This document shows positions 45,713 through 59,959 of a stretch of DNA of 64,000 bases, piece after piece. The notes below the pieces were generated by a model, which searched no databases, was not told the DNA's origin, and worked only from the letters and a program-made list of their open reading frames with translations. The stretch's first letter is position 1. Each line of letters starts with the position of its first letter. A program made the position numbers and the translations under genes. Location: contig OX597833.1 in NCBI GenBank assembly GCA_951406725.2, positions 70,246,001-70,310,000 of the forward strand, written 5' to 3'. This DNA comes from Octopus vulgaris. Lineage: Eukaryota.

Positions 45713-46950
45713 AAAGAGAAGAGCGACTTATATACTACGGCGACTTTGGAGGACCAACAAATCCATGTCAAATGCAAAAGAACTTGGAAAGATAGCGACG
45801 ATGTTTGAATGTTTTTTTTACTCTGCACGTTTACACTATAAACTACGACGATTTGGATGCTGGGAAATACAATTTTCCCGGTTTTTTAAACTATTTAAAT
45901 CAAGGTCGTCCATCAAAATTCCGTGTTAATATTTATTCCAAATTCGGCGGTGAGCTGGCAGAATCGTTAGCATGCCGGGCAAAATGCTTAGCAGCATTTC
46001 GTCTGACTTTAGGTTCTGGGTTCAGATTAGAATATTGAATAGAATATTATGCTGTATCTGTTCCCGCGCCCTACGCTCTGGGTTCAAATCCTTGCCGTGT
46101 TTATCCAGCTCTTTGCGTTCTGATTTCAGATGCTGACTTGGTCTGCTTGGATGGTAGACTTAATCTGGTTTAACCCTGCCACCTGGTCACATTGGGTACG
46201 TTTAGAGGAGTCCACTTTGTTGCACACATTCGGAGAGGTTCCTCGGTTTGAGGATAAATATCATCCTCCTTCTTTCCCATCATGCTCGGGGACCCCGAAA
46301 AGTGTTATGGCCACTGGTTTCCCTCCTCACTTAAAGGGATATAAGAAAAAAAAAGATAAGAAAGAATTTTCCCACGCCGCAAATTATCTCTCACACTCGG
46401 CCTTCCATCGCCACTGACATTACAGAAATTATGATGCCGTTAGATAAATGTGTAATTATGTTATCTAACATAGCAGAATTATCTCACTTCTAATTAAATT
46501 AATTACAGAGCTAATCTAAATTAATTACAAAACTAACGCGGAGATTGAGCCAGAACACAGAATATTGCGTTATTTACCTTCAGAGAAACTCTCACCAAGG
46601 AGTCGCGATGTTTAAATGCTTATGAGAAATCCTCTCGAGGTAAACAACAGTATTCTCTGTTCTAACACAACCTCCTCTTTTAAGTGGGGAATAAATATTA
46701 CCTTTTAGTATTAGCACTGCTTCTGTCACCAGTAATTGTATTTTGCAAAGCTAATAATATGAATGATAAATAGTTGGCTCTTAACCTTTTCAACTCGCGG
46801 GTCGGCTTTAGAAGGCACACTTTCGTTTAACTATATTCGTGGACTAGACTACCTGTGACCCGTTGGGTGACTGACGGTTCAGGTTATAAAACATTCACGG
46901 ATTCACAAGGTAAAAATGAAGTTAATATTTTTATATTTTCCGTAAGTAAG

Positions 46951-47345
46951 GCGGCGAGCTGGCAGAAACGTTAGCACGCCGGGCGAAATGCGTAGCCGTA
47001 CTTCGTCTGCCGTTACGTAGTGAGTTCAAATTCCGCCGAGGTCGACTTTGCCTTTCATCCTTTAGGGGTCGATAAATTAAGTACCAGTCACTCACTGGGG
47101 TCGATATAATCGACTTAATCCGTTTGTCTGTCCTTGTTTGTCCTCTCTGTGTTTAGCCCCTTGTGAGTAGTAAAGAAATAGGTATTTCATCTGCCACCAC
47201 GTTCTGAGTTCAAATTCGGCCGAGATCGACTTTGACTTTTATCCTTTTGGGGGTCGATAAATTAAGTACCAGATACGCACTTGGGTCAATGTAATTGAGT
47301 ACTCCCTCCACCGAAGTTTCTGGCCTTGTGCCAAAATTTGAAATC
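46951..47345 (+). mobile_element. SINE family B plus a second, partial copy
   Basis: Full copy 46951-47183 followed by a repeated core. Confidence 0.85.
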
Positions 47346-48461
47346 AACATTTTCTGCCGCTCACTTGGCCTGTATTTATTCTGTCGTTACGAATACTTAA
47401 GCAAATGTCTACGAAAGCCTTAGATTGACCAGAACCGGTGAGTGGAATTTAGTAGACGGAAACTATAAAGAAGCCTGCCATGTGTGTGTGTGTATGTGGG
47501 GGGGTGAGCGTGAGGTGACAATTGTTGCATTCGGTATTCATATCTGTCCAAGTAATCCCTCTTTCGCACCCAGTGAGATTGTTGAAGTAAGTACCAGATA
47601 AAATCGATCGAATACCCTTGAAGGCGGTGGTCCAGCGTGACCACACATTCCAGTTGTGCGCGTGTGTGTGTGTGTGCATGAAGCTTGGCGGAATTTGGAG
47701 TCTATATCAAAAATATAACAAAAATAATCAATAAAAAAAGTGGTTGTACCCCAGCATGGCCGCAGTCCAATGACAAACCAAATAAAAAAAATGACTGATA
47801 TTCTAACTTAAGAAAATAGAAACCATCCGGAAATAGATGCTATTAATCGGGTGGTCACTAGACAAGTAATAACAGGGTAGGTTAGCAATAAACTGGAATG
47901 GTTAAATTAACATTATAAAATGTTTTTAAGAAAGTAAAAGACGTTTCCCTCGATTAATTTAATTAACGATCAGCTGAAATTAATTAATGTCCAACAACAG
48001 CAGACAAGAGAGTCAGCAGCCATTATTTGAAACAAGCGGGGAACTGCACAATAATAGTACTGGCCCTCCGTCGGTTACAACGAGGAGTATTCCAGTTGGT
48101 CCGATCAACGGAACAACCTGCTCGTGAAATTAACGTGGAAGTGGCTGAGTACTCCAGAGACACGTGTACCCTTAACGTTAAGGGAGATTCAGCGTGACAC
48201 AGAGTGTGACAAGGTACAACTGATTTTTGCCTTTTGCACAATTTTTTAAAAATTAAATTAAGTCCTTTTTTTTTTGTTCTCAAGTTAATAAATGGTTTTC
48301 TTGCTGACGAAGTGTCAGTTCCGAAACGTCAGATTCTTTCCTATTGAATTATACGAAAATATCCAAAACTCCTCAAGAACATCGTTAAGTTTTAAAATCT
48401 ACATTCTTCGAATTCTTGGCGAAAGATTGTATAAATGTCGTTCGTTACATTCATGTTTCTT

Positions 48462-48496
<35 letters not shown>

Positions 48497-48903
48497 AATT
48501 GAAAGAGTCTTTATGTGGTCACACGACATGCTAGAAACAACAGCAAAATCTCCCTCAAATCATATAACTATGTTAAGAAAAAATGACAAATCACATCGAG
48601 TAATTTAGTACCTTCTAAAGGCGTAGGCACAGCTGGGAGGTTGGGTGGTTGGGGTGCTTGCTTTGCAACCACATCGTTTCAGGTTCAAGCCCGAGCAAGC
48701 TTCTTCTACTGTAGCTTGCTAAACTAAAATCAGAAACCAATTGGTCCAGGGAACTTGATGGTAAAATGTTTTTATTTTTCATTTCGTTCCTGTCGAATTT
48801 TATCCCTAATTTTTGTGGTTATAGAACCTAGCTGTTCTTTCTAGCGTGTTGAATCCCACTAGTGAATTCCTTATGTGTTTAAATGTACACTATATACTTT
48901 GAC

Positions 48904-48946
<43 letters not shown>

Positions 48947-49361
48947 ATGTATGCGTGGCATCTTTGATGTCTTCTAATATAGCCTCGGGACGACCAGACT
49001 TGTGAGTGGATTTGGTAAACTGAAACCGAAAGAAGCCCGTCGCGCGCGAGCGCGTGTATGTGTGTGTGAAGCACTTGGGCCGGTGTCATTGAGTTTTACG
49101 CCCCAAATGAATAAACGAAACGAATTCGATACAAGATGTAACGGAAATATAATTTGGTCTTACCTCATAAAAAAGAAAAAAATCTCCCGTTAAGTGTATT
49201 AGAACCAGAAAAGGCAAATTCCACTCATAAACACACCTGTTTATCAGATCTTTTTCTTCCGATGTTTATCTTAGCCTTTAATTGCTTCAATGTGTGTACA
49301 CACTGAGAGACGCAACATATACATAGACACAGACACACGCACATACATACATACTTACGTA

Positions 49362-49393
<32 letters not shown>

Positions 49394-49597
49394 GAGAAGG
49401 AAAGAAAGAAAGGAAGAAAGAAGGAAGGAAGGAAAGAAATGTAGAGCACTGTATGGTTTGCCAAATATCTCTTTCTGTGTTCCAATTAAAATATATAAAA
49501 CCAAAGAAAAAGACAGTTTCTGCGTAGATTACATTGACCCGCTAGAAACAGCAACGAAATGTGTTCTCTGAGAGAAAACACTCTACCGTCCCCCCCC

Positions 49598-50038
<441 letters not shown>

Positions 50039-50257
50039 TTGAAGTGAGTGACATAGTTTGAGATAAAAAAATTGTCTAAGACGGGATGGTCACGGATGGA
50101 ATGCGATCAATCATAGGTCTCTGAACAACAACAACATACATCACTACAGTTTACTCGCAAGCAAAGTCCCCTGTGCCTAGATAACAATAATTCTAAATAT
50201 ATGGGGCTGGTGTGTGTTTGAGCGTAAAATACTAACATTTTATTTTTAATTACTTAC

Positions 50258-50590
50258 CTTCATTTTCCCTGCATGCGAACTGGTAAAACGACCTTAACAA
50301 ACGCGTTATATCATCCGATATGTGTGAACAGGAAGAAAACAAAGGAACGAGTGTGTGCGTGGGGTTGGGGATTTATGCAGAGACAGAGAGGGAAAGAGAA
50401 AGGGAAATGGGTAAAGCGACATTAAATGACGTAAGCTCCGAGTAATGTTCGGGTCGACTTCAAGCCTAAACTCTGACTTCAAACGCAGGATGTGATGGCC
50501 GCCTGAATGGGAATCGGCGACAGGAAAAAAGCACAGATCGAGCTGGTATGTGTATACGAGAGTATAGGGCGGAGAAAGGGCGGTTCAGCA
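50258..50590 (-). promoter_or_regulatory. Candidate promoter and non-coding first exon of the minus-strand LOX
   Basis: Coding exon 1 begins with an acceptor, so an upstream exon is required. Perfect AAG|gtaagt donor at 50258/50257; CATAAAT at 50377-50371; TGACGTAA (CRE-like) at 50427-50434; GGGCGG at 50567 and 50578; all in non-repetitive sequence. Confidence 0.4.
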
Positions 50591-50729
50591 CACACACATA
50601 TTATATATATATATATATATTGTAATGGAATAATTACTATGAAGTATTGTGTTATATATATTGTATAAAAGATCGTGGGTGAGGCCAAAGAAATACGAAG
50701 TAAATGCAAGATAAATCACAAGAAAACAA

Positions 50730-50920
50730 ATATGTGAGTTAATGTAGACTTCCTTTGTATTCAATATTTCGGGGTTATGACCCCATTTTCAAGAAATAGA
50801 CGGAATGTTGCCGATGTGCGTGTGTGTGAGCGCACATCGGCAACATTTGTCAATTTCTTGTAAATGGGGTCATAACCCCGAAATATTGACTACAAAAGAA
50901 GTCTACATTAATTCACATAT
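50730..50920. repeat. ~190-bp near-perfect palindrome (90-bp arms, 10-nt loop)
   Basis: 50730-50820 is the reverse complement of 50831-50920 with few mismatches. Confidence 0.85.
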
Positions 50921-50930
50921 ATGTATGTAC

Positions 50931-50997
<67 letters not shown>

Positions 50998-51000
<3 letters not shown>

Positions 51001-51255
51001 TGGGGTTCAAAAGTTGGTATACAGTATCCTATCAACGTTATGATACTTAATTCATGAAAATTATTAGCAAATTAAAATAGTTAGCCTCATTTTTGATATT
51101 CTCAATACCATTAATCATAAGACATCAAATCATAATACATTTATCCTAACTGATAGAACTTTTATCAAAACTTTTAATCTTTTTGATAGAAATAAATGAG
51201 TATTGTACGTGTTTTCTTTTTGTCATAACTGTATACCTACTTTTGCACCACCCTG
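50998..51255. mobile_element. Tc1/mariner-type MITE
   Basis: TA-flanked 28-bp imperfect TIRs CAGTGGGGTTCAAAAGTTGGTATACAGT / CAGGGTGGTGCAAAAGTAGGTATACAGT. Confidence 0.85.
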
Positions 51256-51262
51256 TATGATT

Positions 51263-51338
51263 GTATGAATGTATGTATGTATGTATGTATGTATGTAATG
51301 TATGTATGTATGTATGTATGTATATATATATGTATGTA

Positions 51339-51374
<36 letters not shown>

Positions 51375-51740
51375 TGTATGTATGTATGTGTGTATGTATG
51401 TGGATGTATGTATGTATCTATGTATCACCACCCATCCCGCTGCCCTAACCACTGGGTCATTGCGTTTCCACATCTATGTATGTATGTATGTATGTATGTA
51501 TGCATGCATGAATGTATGTATGTATGTATGTATGTATGTATGTATGTATGCATGCATGTATGTATGTATGTATGTATGTATGTATGTATGTATGTATGTA
51601 TGTATGAATGTATGTATATATATATATATGTGTATATATGTATGTATATATATATGTATGTATGTATGTATGTTTGTATGTATGTATGTATGTATGTATG
51701 TATGTATATATGTATGTATGTATATATGTATGTATGTATG

Positions 51741-51773
<33 letters not shown>

Positions 51774-51828
51774 TTGCATGTCTGTATGTATATGTATATC
51801 TATATGTATGTATGTATGTATGTATGTA

Positions 51829-51864
<36 letters not shown>

Positions 51865-51928
51865 TGTATGTATGTATGTATGTGTGTATGTATGTATGTA
51901 TGTATGTATGTATGTATGTATGTGTGTG
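51263..51928. repeat. (TATG)n microsatellite
   Basis: Direct inspection. Confidence 0.95.
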
Positions 51929-52106
51929 TGAGGGTGTGTGCGTGTAAGTTGGCGTTCTCTAATTATTATTATTACGAGAGGATGAGTTAATTAATATATA
52001 AGGCCAATTAACGCCTCTCAGAGCATGTCAGAAATGTCAGTAGGTGAGCGAATCACTTAAAACATGGAAAGAAACACGTGGTAGAGGCGGAGGTGACGGT
52101 ATAAAC

Positions 52107-52320
52107 GAGGCAGAAACGTTAGCACGCCGGGCGAAATGCTTTGTGGTATTTCGTCCGCCGCTTCGTTCTGAGTTCAAATTCCGCCGAGGTCGACTTTGCC
52201 TTTCATCCTTTCGGGGTCGATAAATTAAGTACCAGTTACGCACTGGGGTCGATATAATCGACCTAATCCTAACTTGTTTGTCCCTTCTATGTTTAGCCTC
52301 TTGTGGATAGTAAAGAAATG
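52107..52320 (+). mobile_element. SINE family B
   Basis: Family B consensus. Confidence 0.85.
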
Positions 52321-52877
52321 GGTACAAACGATGCATGTGCACTGTTTTTCGAGAAGCGGGCCGCATGATACATGGATCAGCAGCAGGCGGGCCGCAATAC
52401 TAAAGAATCCAATGCAATTTTATTGTCAGGCGTCCCATTTTGATAGTTCCACGGGCCGCACTTTGCCCACGACTGGCATCACCTTTTTTAATACGGAAAG
52501 ATCATTCAATGAACGTGGGTTCATTGAGAGATCTGTCAGTATTAAAAAAAGTAATGTGGTGGGACGGGATGTTTGGGAGCGAGTATGTTTAGGAGGGCTT
52601 TTGGAGGGGGCGGATTTTACTTTTCAGTTATCAGACTATTTACTCATCCACGCAAATGCACACGCATGCGCACACACACATACGCTCACATGTTCACTGT
52701 CACTTGTATTCACATAGATGTTCCTTCTCATATATGTGTATGGGCGCTGGGGTGGCTGCGTGGTAAGAAGCTTGCTTCCCAACCCCATGGTTCCGGGTTC
52801 AGTCCTACTGCGTGCAACTTTGGGTGAGTGTCTTCTACTAAAGCTGTGCGGGTGGATTTGTTTGATGGAAATTGAAA

Positions 52878-53440
52878 GGCGCAGGAGTGGCTGTGTGGTA
52901 AGTAGCTTCCTTAGAGAAGCGAAAGTCGGCGGGCGTTTTTGTCTTCTCCCATCACCATCTTCATCCATCACCATCATTCATTAATGTCCTTGTCCAGCCC
53001 GCAGCTACTCTGTGTGCTGCCCTAGTGGCAAATTTTTGAAATAAAGTAGCTTCCTTACCAACCACATGGTTCCGGGTTCAGTCCCACTGTGTGACACCTT
53101 GGGCAAGTGTCTTCTGCTATAGCCCCGGACCGACCAATGCCTTGTGAGTGGATTTGGTAGACGGAAACTGAAAGAATCCTGTCGTATATATGTATATATA
53201 TGTGTGTGTGTTTGTGTGTGTGTCTGTGTTTGTGTGTCTGTGTTTGTTCCCCTAACATTGCTTGACAACCGATGCTGGTGTGTTTACGTCCCCGTCACTT
53301 AGCGGTTCGGCAAAAGAGACCGATAGAATAAGGTCTGGGCTTACAAAGAATAAGTCCCGGGGTCGATTTGCTCGATTAAAGGCGGTGCTCCAGCATGGCC
53401 GCAGTCAAATGACTGAAACAAGTAAAAGAGTAAAAGAGTA
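52878..53440 (+). mobile_element. SINE family A interrupted by a 130-bp insertion
   Basis: Head 52878-52913; resumes at 53044 after the duplicated AAGTAGCTTCCTTA. Confidence 0.85.
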
Positions 53441-53478
53441 AGCCCGTCATATGTGTGAGTGTGTATTTGTTATAGTAA

Positions 53479-53521
<43 letters not shown>

Positions 53522-53674
53522 AGTTTTGCAAAGTTGGATCGTCGGCGACTAATCTGGCAACCTTGCGTGATTCTAGCTCGAGACACGGCAGGTTAACAAC
53601 AACAGCTGCTCTCAAAGAACGGAGGAACTCAGAGCAATCAGAGTCACTCTATAATGCGCACACACGAACATTGA

Positions 53675-53732
<58 letters not shown>

Positions 53733-53872
53733 TTAGTGGTATGTTATCATTTCATACAAATGAGACATGGAAGGAATGAGCAGCCTCTGTCTTCAAGCTT
53801 TCAAGTGGCAGTCGGCCAATACAGGAAACTGGCGCTCGTCGTGACATAACTTCATATATGGAAATATGTGGT

Positions 53873-53937
<65 letters not shown>

Positions 53938-54181
53938 ATAAATCTATGTAATAAATTAAGTGTGGATAGATACATACAGAGATAGATAGATAGATAGATA
54001 GATAGAGTTCAGCAAATGAATAGAAATGGGATTCCTGATAATTTTTCCATTTAAATAATTAGATATTCCTAAGTCATTAAAACACCTAATAACTTATAAA
54101 CGTCTAATTATTAAAATGGAAAACTTACCAGAAAGGCAATTTCTTTTCATTTTTTTCAAATATATAATTCTGCACCAAGGA

Positions 54182-54243
<62 letters not shown>

Positions 54244-54383
54244 TCTTTCTTTCTCCCTATATATATATATATATATATATATTGTTATATTTCGGAATGG
54301 TCATTTTGCCAGTTTACCCAATAACAATATCTGTTTCAACACACGACTTCACATAAAAAATCTTGCACAACAAATATTTAAAC

Positions 54384-54421
<38 letters not shown>

Positions 54422-55061
54422 CTAGAATTTTAATCATTTCTGTGGGAGATTTTGGGACGTAACATCCGCGATAGTCGAGGGAATACTGTACCTCAGGAAG
54501 TAGTTTTCCTCTTCATTTTTTATTGTTCTTCCCAGCATTTCGGGAATAATAAAAATTGTTGTAGGGGACAACTTCCGGCAAGGTATTCCTCGGTTTTCTG
54601 AATGACATCACCCTTCCATCTTAACAGAGTTATGTGATCTGAATGAGATTTGGTTGTTGTTTCTAGCAGATGGAGTGACTGCGTAGAGGTTCCGTTGTCG
54701 TTGGGTCAATAGTTTTGAGAAAAGTCGATTCGGCTTTCTTTTAAGATAAGAGATAGATAACCTCTGACCTATGTTGCTAGGCAACGACAAGAGACGAGCA
54801 AATATTTCTGGAGTGTTCGTTGTCATGCTCCCACTCGGAATAATTTATCGGAAATATATTTGCATATTCATATAATTTATTGGTTCAGAAGATGAAAGAG
54901 GGTGGGGGGGAGACGGATGTGAAGAGAAAGAGAGAAAGAAAGAACCAAGAAGTATTGATGTTGTTGTTGTTATTATTATTATTAGTCGAACAAATTTATT
55001 AGAGTTAATCAGACCATCAGAGGGAAAGAAAGAGAAAGAGAGGGGGAAGTGGAGGGAGGGT

Positions 55062-55096
<35 letters not shown>

Positions 55097-55249
55097 GAGG
55101 AAAATGGGGAGGAGGAGGAGGAGGAGAATGGGGATGATGATGATGAGGAGGAGGAGGAGACACACAGCTGGGGAAAGAGAGGCAGAAAATATTAGCCTGG
55201 CAATATACATTCATTTACACCAAACTACATGTGTGTGTATAAAGATAGG

Positions 55250-55990
55250 TAGAGAGGGGGAGAGAGAGGAATGGAAAAAGGAAGAAAGAGATGGAAGAAG
55301 AACGTTAGAGAAACAGCGTGCGAGCGGAGAAGGAAGGAAGAGAGAGAGGAAGGAGAGAAGAGAGGAAGGAGAGAAAAGAGAGAGGAAGGAGAGAAGAGAG
55401 AAAGAGAGAGAGAAAAATGAAAAAGAAAGAAAGAGATGGAAGGAGAACGTTAGAGAAACAGCGTGCGAGCGGAGAAGGAAGGAAGAGAGAGAGGAAGGAG
55501 AGAAGAGAGAGAGGAAGGAGAGAAGAGCGGAAGAAGAGAAGCGAGAGAAAGGAAGGAGAGAAAAGAGAGGAAGGAGAGAAGAGAGAGGGAGAGAAGGAGA
55601 GAAATGAAAAGGAAGAAAGAGATGGAAGAAGAACGTTAGTGAAACAGCGTGCGAGACGAGAGGAGAGAAAGAGAGAGAGAGAGGGGAAGGAGAGAAGAGA
55701 GAGAGAGGAAGGAGAGAAGAGAGAGGAAAGAGAGAAGCGAGGGAGAGGAAGGAGAGAAGAGAGAGGAAAGAGAGAAGAGAGAGAAAAGAGAGAAGAGAAA
55801 GAGAGGAAGGAGAGAAGAGAGAGGAAAGAGAGAAGAGAGAGAAAAGAGAGAAGAGAAAGAGAGGAAGGAGAGAAGAGAGAGGAAAGAGAGAAGAGAGAGG
55901 AAAGAGAGAAGAGAGAGAAAAGAGAGAAGAGAAAGAGAGGAAGGAGAGAAGAGAGAGGAAAGAGAGAAGAGAGAGGAAGGAGAGAATGTT
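55250..55990. repeat. Polypurine (GA-rich) tract with a higher-order unit
   Basis: Almost purely A/G; GAACGTTAG.GAAACAGCGTGCGAG occurs three times. Confidence 0.9.
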
Positions 55991-58176
55991 GAGCAATAAT
56001 GCCGTTGATTGTTAGGTCTGTATTGTCCTGGGACTTATTTCTAAAGTTCTGACCAGCAGAGTTTTAGACTGAAACTGCTGCTGCTGCTGCCACTGCTGCT
56101 GCTGCCACTGCTGCTGCTTAGATCTTCTTTCCACTCCTTCTTCTCCCTCTATCCTCTTTTTCTTTCTTTTTCTCTTTTTCCTCATCATTATCATCATCAT
56201 CATCGTCATCACCATTACTAATGTCATAGCAATTCCACAATCAGACACACGCACTCACACACACACACAATCATACACGCACACATACAAATTGACTTAC
56301 ACACATACACACATGCACAAACACACGTACATATGAGCACACAAATCCGTCGATTAAAGTTTTTAATGACGCATCATCTCAACGCGCCATTATTAATAAT
56401 TATCGTTAATACACCAACAGCAATCAAGACGGCGAGGTGGCAGAATTGTTAGCATGCCGGACAAAATATTTAGCAGCATTTCGTCCGTCCTTTGCCTCAA
56501 ATCCCTTCGGGGTTGATGAAATAAGCACTAGTTGGGAACTGGGGTCGATGTATTGCTGGCCTTGTGCCAAAAAATGGGAAAACCAATAAAGTAACAGCGA
56601 GCGAACGATCAGAAAGAATGGATTCTAAGAATATTCACAACAAAAGCAAAAAAAAAAAAATGGAATTTTGTTGGACTTTTAGAGATCACATGTTCTCAAT
56701 AGTCACTGCATAACGGCAAAATGTCTATGGAATTGGAAGCAATCCAAGATCTTAAGTAGGCCAATAAGATTTTCTTTCAGTTCAGCAGCTAAATTAATTG
56801 ATGAGATTGAACGCTACATTTTGAGGTTTTACTTTTTGGTGAAGACAAAAGAAGGAAATATTTGCTCTAATTTATATTTAGATGGTCGTAGATAGACTCA
56901 CATCAAATTTGGTAAGTTTTCAAAGTATTGCAGTTCTCTGATTTGAGAATCACTACATAACGCCAAACATACCATTCGCTCAAGCTCACACTTGTCATTA
57001 TAATCATCATTTAACATCGTTTTTCAATGCTGGCATGGATTGGAGTTTCACAGAGTCTGGAAAGCTAAAGATCTGCACCGGGCTCCAAGTTGTCTGTTTT
57101 GGTGTGGTTTCTACGCCAACCCCTTTATACGTATATGGCACCAACCTTCTGAATCAAAAGGAATTATTGTCACTGCTCTAGGTTCAAATGACTACACTCG
57201 TCGACAATATCCCCCCAACCCCTGGTGTATCTAAGCGGGTACCAACTGACAAGCATTCGGTCAAGGTCTTTGGTTCCAGGATAACTTCTCCCTTTCGTTT
57301 TGATGTCCCCAACGCCCTAGAAAGAGACAGACGTGTTACCCATCGCTCTCACTGGTCCCTTTGACCACACAGTTATATTTTATTACGAACAAGCAGCATG
57401 GAACCACCTCTCTGTTTTTTGTGGAGATTATTCCGAAATCTTTTGACATGTACTGTTCCATTACAGAAATTCCCACTCCGTCCCCGAGAGAAGACATTTT
57501 AAAACTCATCTTTAAAAAGCTACCAATGTTGGAGATGGCATTTGTTTTTAACGGCCCATCAAACAAAGATTTTTAAATTCATGGGGCCTACAAAATTATC
57601 TCACAAGAAAACCCTTCAGCTATTCTTTTATTTATATTGGCACAAAATATATATATTTTGTGCCAAAAAGTGAAGCTATTACCTTTGTTTCGGTCCCCCC
57701 CCCCCCAACCACTCTTCCTTTCTTTTACTCAACAGCACTACTTACTTACCATTCCTTCTATCCTTCTTTTTCTCTTATCCCCTTTTTTTTTTTCGTTACT
57801 CATCTCCCTCTATATTTAGCTTCTTTTCTTTCGAACTCCTCCGATCCTTCTGCCATGAGACCGTCGCGCCATCCCACCGACGCCCACGCATTCTTCTCTT
57901 AGTCAACCGGTTTAACCAGCCTCCCTTCCATCTTTCTCACTTCCTGTCAATCGCTTAGCAACAATGGGTGGGGGTGGGGGTAAAGAATTTTCTTGAAATT
58001 ATGAATCACAAGAATTATTTGATACGAACACATATACACGCGCACTTGCACGCACGTACACACATACCTATATATGTAATTATATACATATATATATATA
58101 TTTATGTATGTGTGCGTATGTATACGTACATACACACACATCTGTATATGCATGTATATATATATATGTGTGTACA

Positions 58177-58210
<34 letters not shown>

Positions 58211-58879
58211 CATATATACATACATACACACACACACACACATATATATATATACATACATACATACATACATACATACATACATACATACATACATACA
58301 TACATACATACATACATACATACATACATACATACATACACACATACATATATATATAATTATGTAATAAGGCTTCAGCCAGCAGAACAGCATCAGAACA
58401 AAATTATCTGAGAGAATAAAGATAATGTTATAATTAAAACTACATAATAATTTCACATATCTGATTATTTTTCTTCTTTACTTTTATTTCAGATTTATAT
58501 ATTTTCAGGCGCGGGAGGAATCAATTCTGATATGAAAAACGGTTATTGATGAGAGCTTGCGCTATATTTTCATATGACACACAGCAAGACTCGTGTTATA
58601 TCATAAACCAGGCGAGATGTGAAGTGACCGGAGCTAACAAATAAGTTAATTTATACCATCTCGTCTATCGATTTCTTGGATATTCTGTCTATATATATAT
58701 AGCAAGGTTATTGTATGAGGAGAAATACTCGTAAACGAAACACTCCGAGTCTATAAGTATGTGGCGGAGAGGAAGCGGAGGCGTGGAGGTAACGGAAAGG
58801 AGGTGCCTGTGATGTTGGTGTTCATTTTAAACTTATTTTCTGCAATGAAGGGCAGCTTAACGATCCGCAAGCAGAGAAC

Positions 58880-59230
58880 GATAAAATAGACTCGCAAATA
58901 TATATATGGAAGATCCTGGAAGATGTAGATCCCAACTTTTGGAATTGAAAGCTACACTAACCGTCGAACTGGACGGCACTGTAGTGTACCAAATATTCCC
59001 ATTTTCTCCATCTGGAATAAGGACCCTATACTATAACAGCTTGGGTTTCTAGGGTCCACAACTATTCAACATTCTGCCAAACAGCCTCACAGATTTGCAA
59101 GGTGCAGATGTGAGGTCTTCCAAAAACGCCAGGACAAATTTTTTGTCTGAGATACCAGATGAACCCACATCGCTACAGAAGGAACAAAGAAGGGCAGATC
59201 CGTGCAGCTCGTTACTTCACCATAAAAAGG
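58880..59230 (+). mobile_element. Decayed CR1-like LINE 3' region, same family as 63687-64000
   Basis: IYIWKILE...NSLGF*GPQLFNILP...FLSEIPDEPTS. Confidence 0.75.
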
Positions 59231-59339
59231 TACAGAAGAGAAACCCAGACACACGGTGGGAGTGGGGCTCTTGCTCCCTCCTTAAGTATTTATACATGTA
59301 TATGTATAAAATAAAAAATAAATGCGCCTTTTAAAGCCT

Positions 59340-59567
59340 AGCCAGGCTTATGGGTCCGGTTTTCCGGTTTCAATGGCGTATATGTTCCCCAGCTGAACGG
59401 GACGCCAGTCCATCGCAGCGTTACTCAGTTTTGCCAGCTGAGTGGACTGGAGCAACGTGAAATGAAGTGTTTTGCTCAAGAACACAACGCGTCGCTCGGT
59501 CCAGGAATCGAAACCAGAATCTTACGATCATGATGCTGACACCCTAACCACTAAGCCACGCGCCTCC
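59340..59567 (-). mobile_element. tRNA-derived SINE with V-domain-like core
   Basis: GGAGGCGCGTGGCTTAGTGGTTAG head; GCGATGGACTGGCGTCCCG core. Confidence 0.75.
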
Positions 59568-59574
59568 ACATATA

Positions 59575-59959
59575 TTACTCTTTTACTTGTTTCAGTCATT
59601 TCCCTGCGGCCATGCTGGAGCACCGCCTTTAGTCGAGCAAATCGACCCCGGGACTTATTCTTTGTAAGCCCAGTACTTATTCTATCGGTCTTTTTTGCCG
59701 AACCGCTAAGTGACGGGGACGTAAACACACCAGCATCGGTTGTCAAGCAATGCTAGGGGGACAAACACAGACACACAAACACACACATACATACATATAT
59801 ACGACAGGCTTCTTTCAGTTTCCGTCTACCAAATCCCCCCACAAGGCATTGGTCGGCCCGGGGCCATAGCAGAAGACACTTGCCCAAGATGCCACGCAGT
59901 GGGACTGAACCCGGAACCATGTGGTTGGTTAGCAAGCTACTTACCACACAGCCACTCCT
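59575..59959 (-). mobile_element. SINE family A, full length
   Basis: Family A consensus, reverse complement. Confidence 0.88.

Noticed and set aside
54536-54600. Pif1/Helitron helicase motif relic (FG..KIVVGDNFRQ)
   Set aside because: Too short and frameshifted to support a feature
57336-57576. Overlapping 71-76 aa ORFs
   Set aside because: No recognisable motif or splice-consistent partner exons
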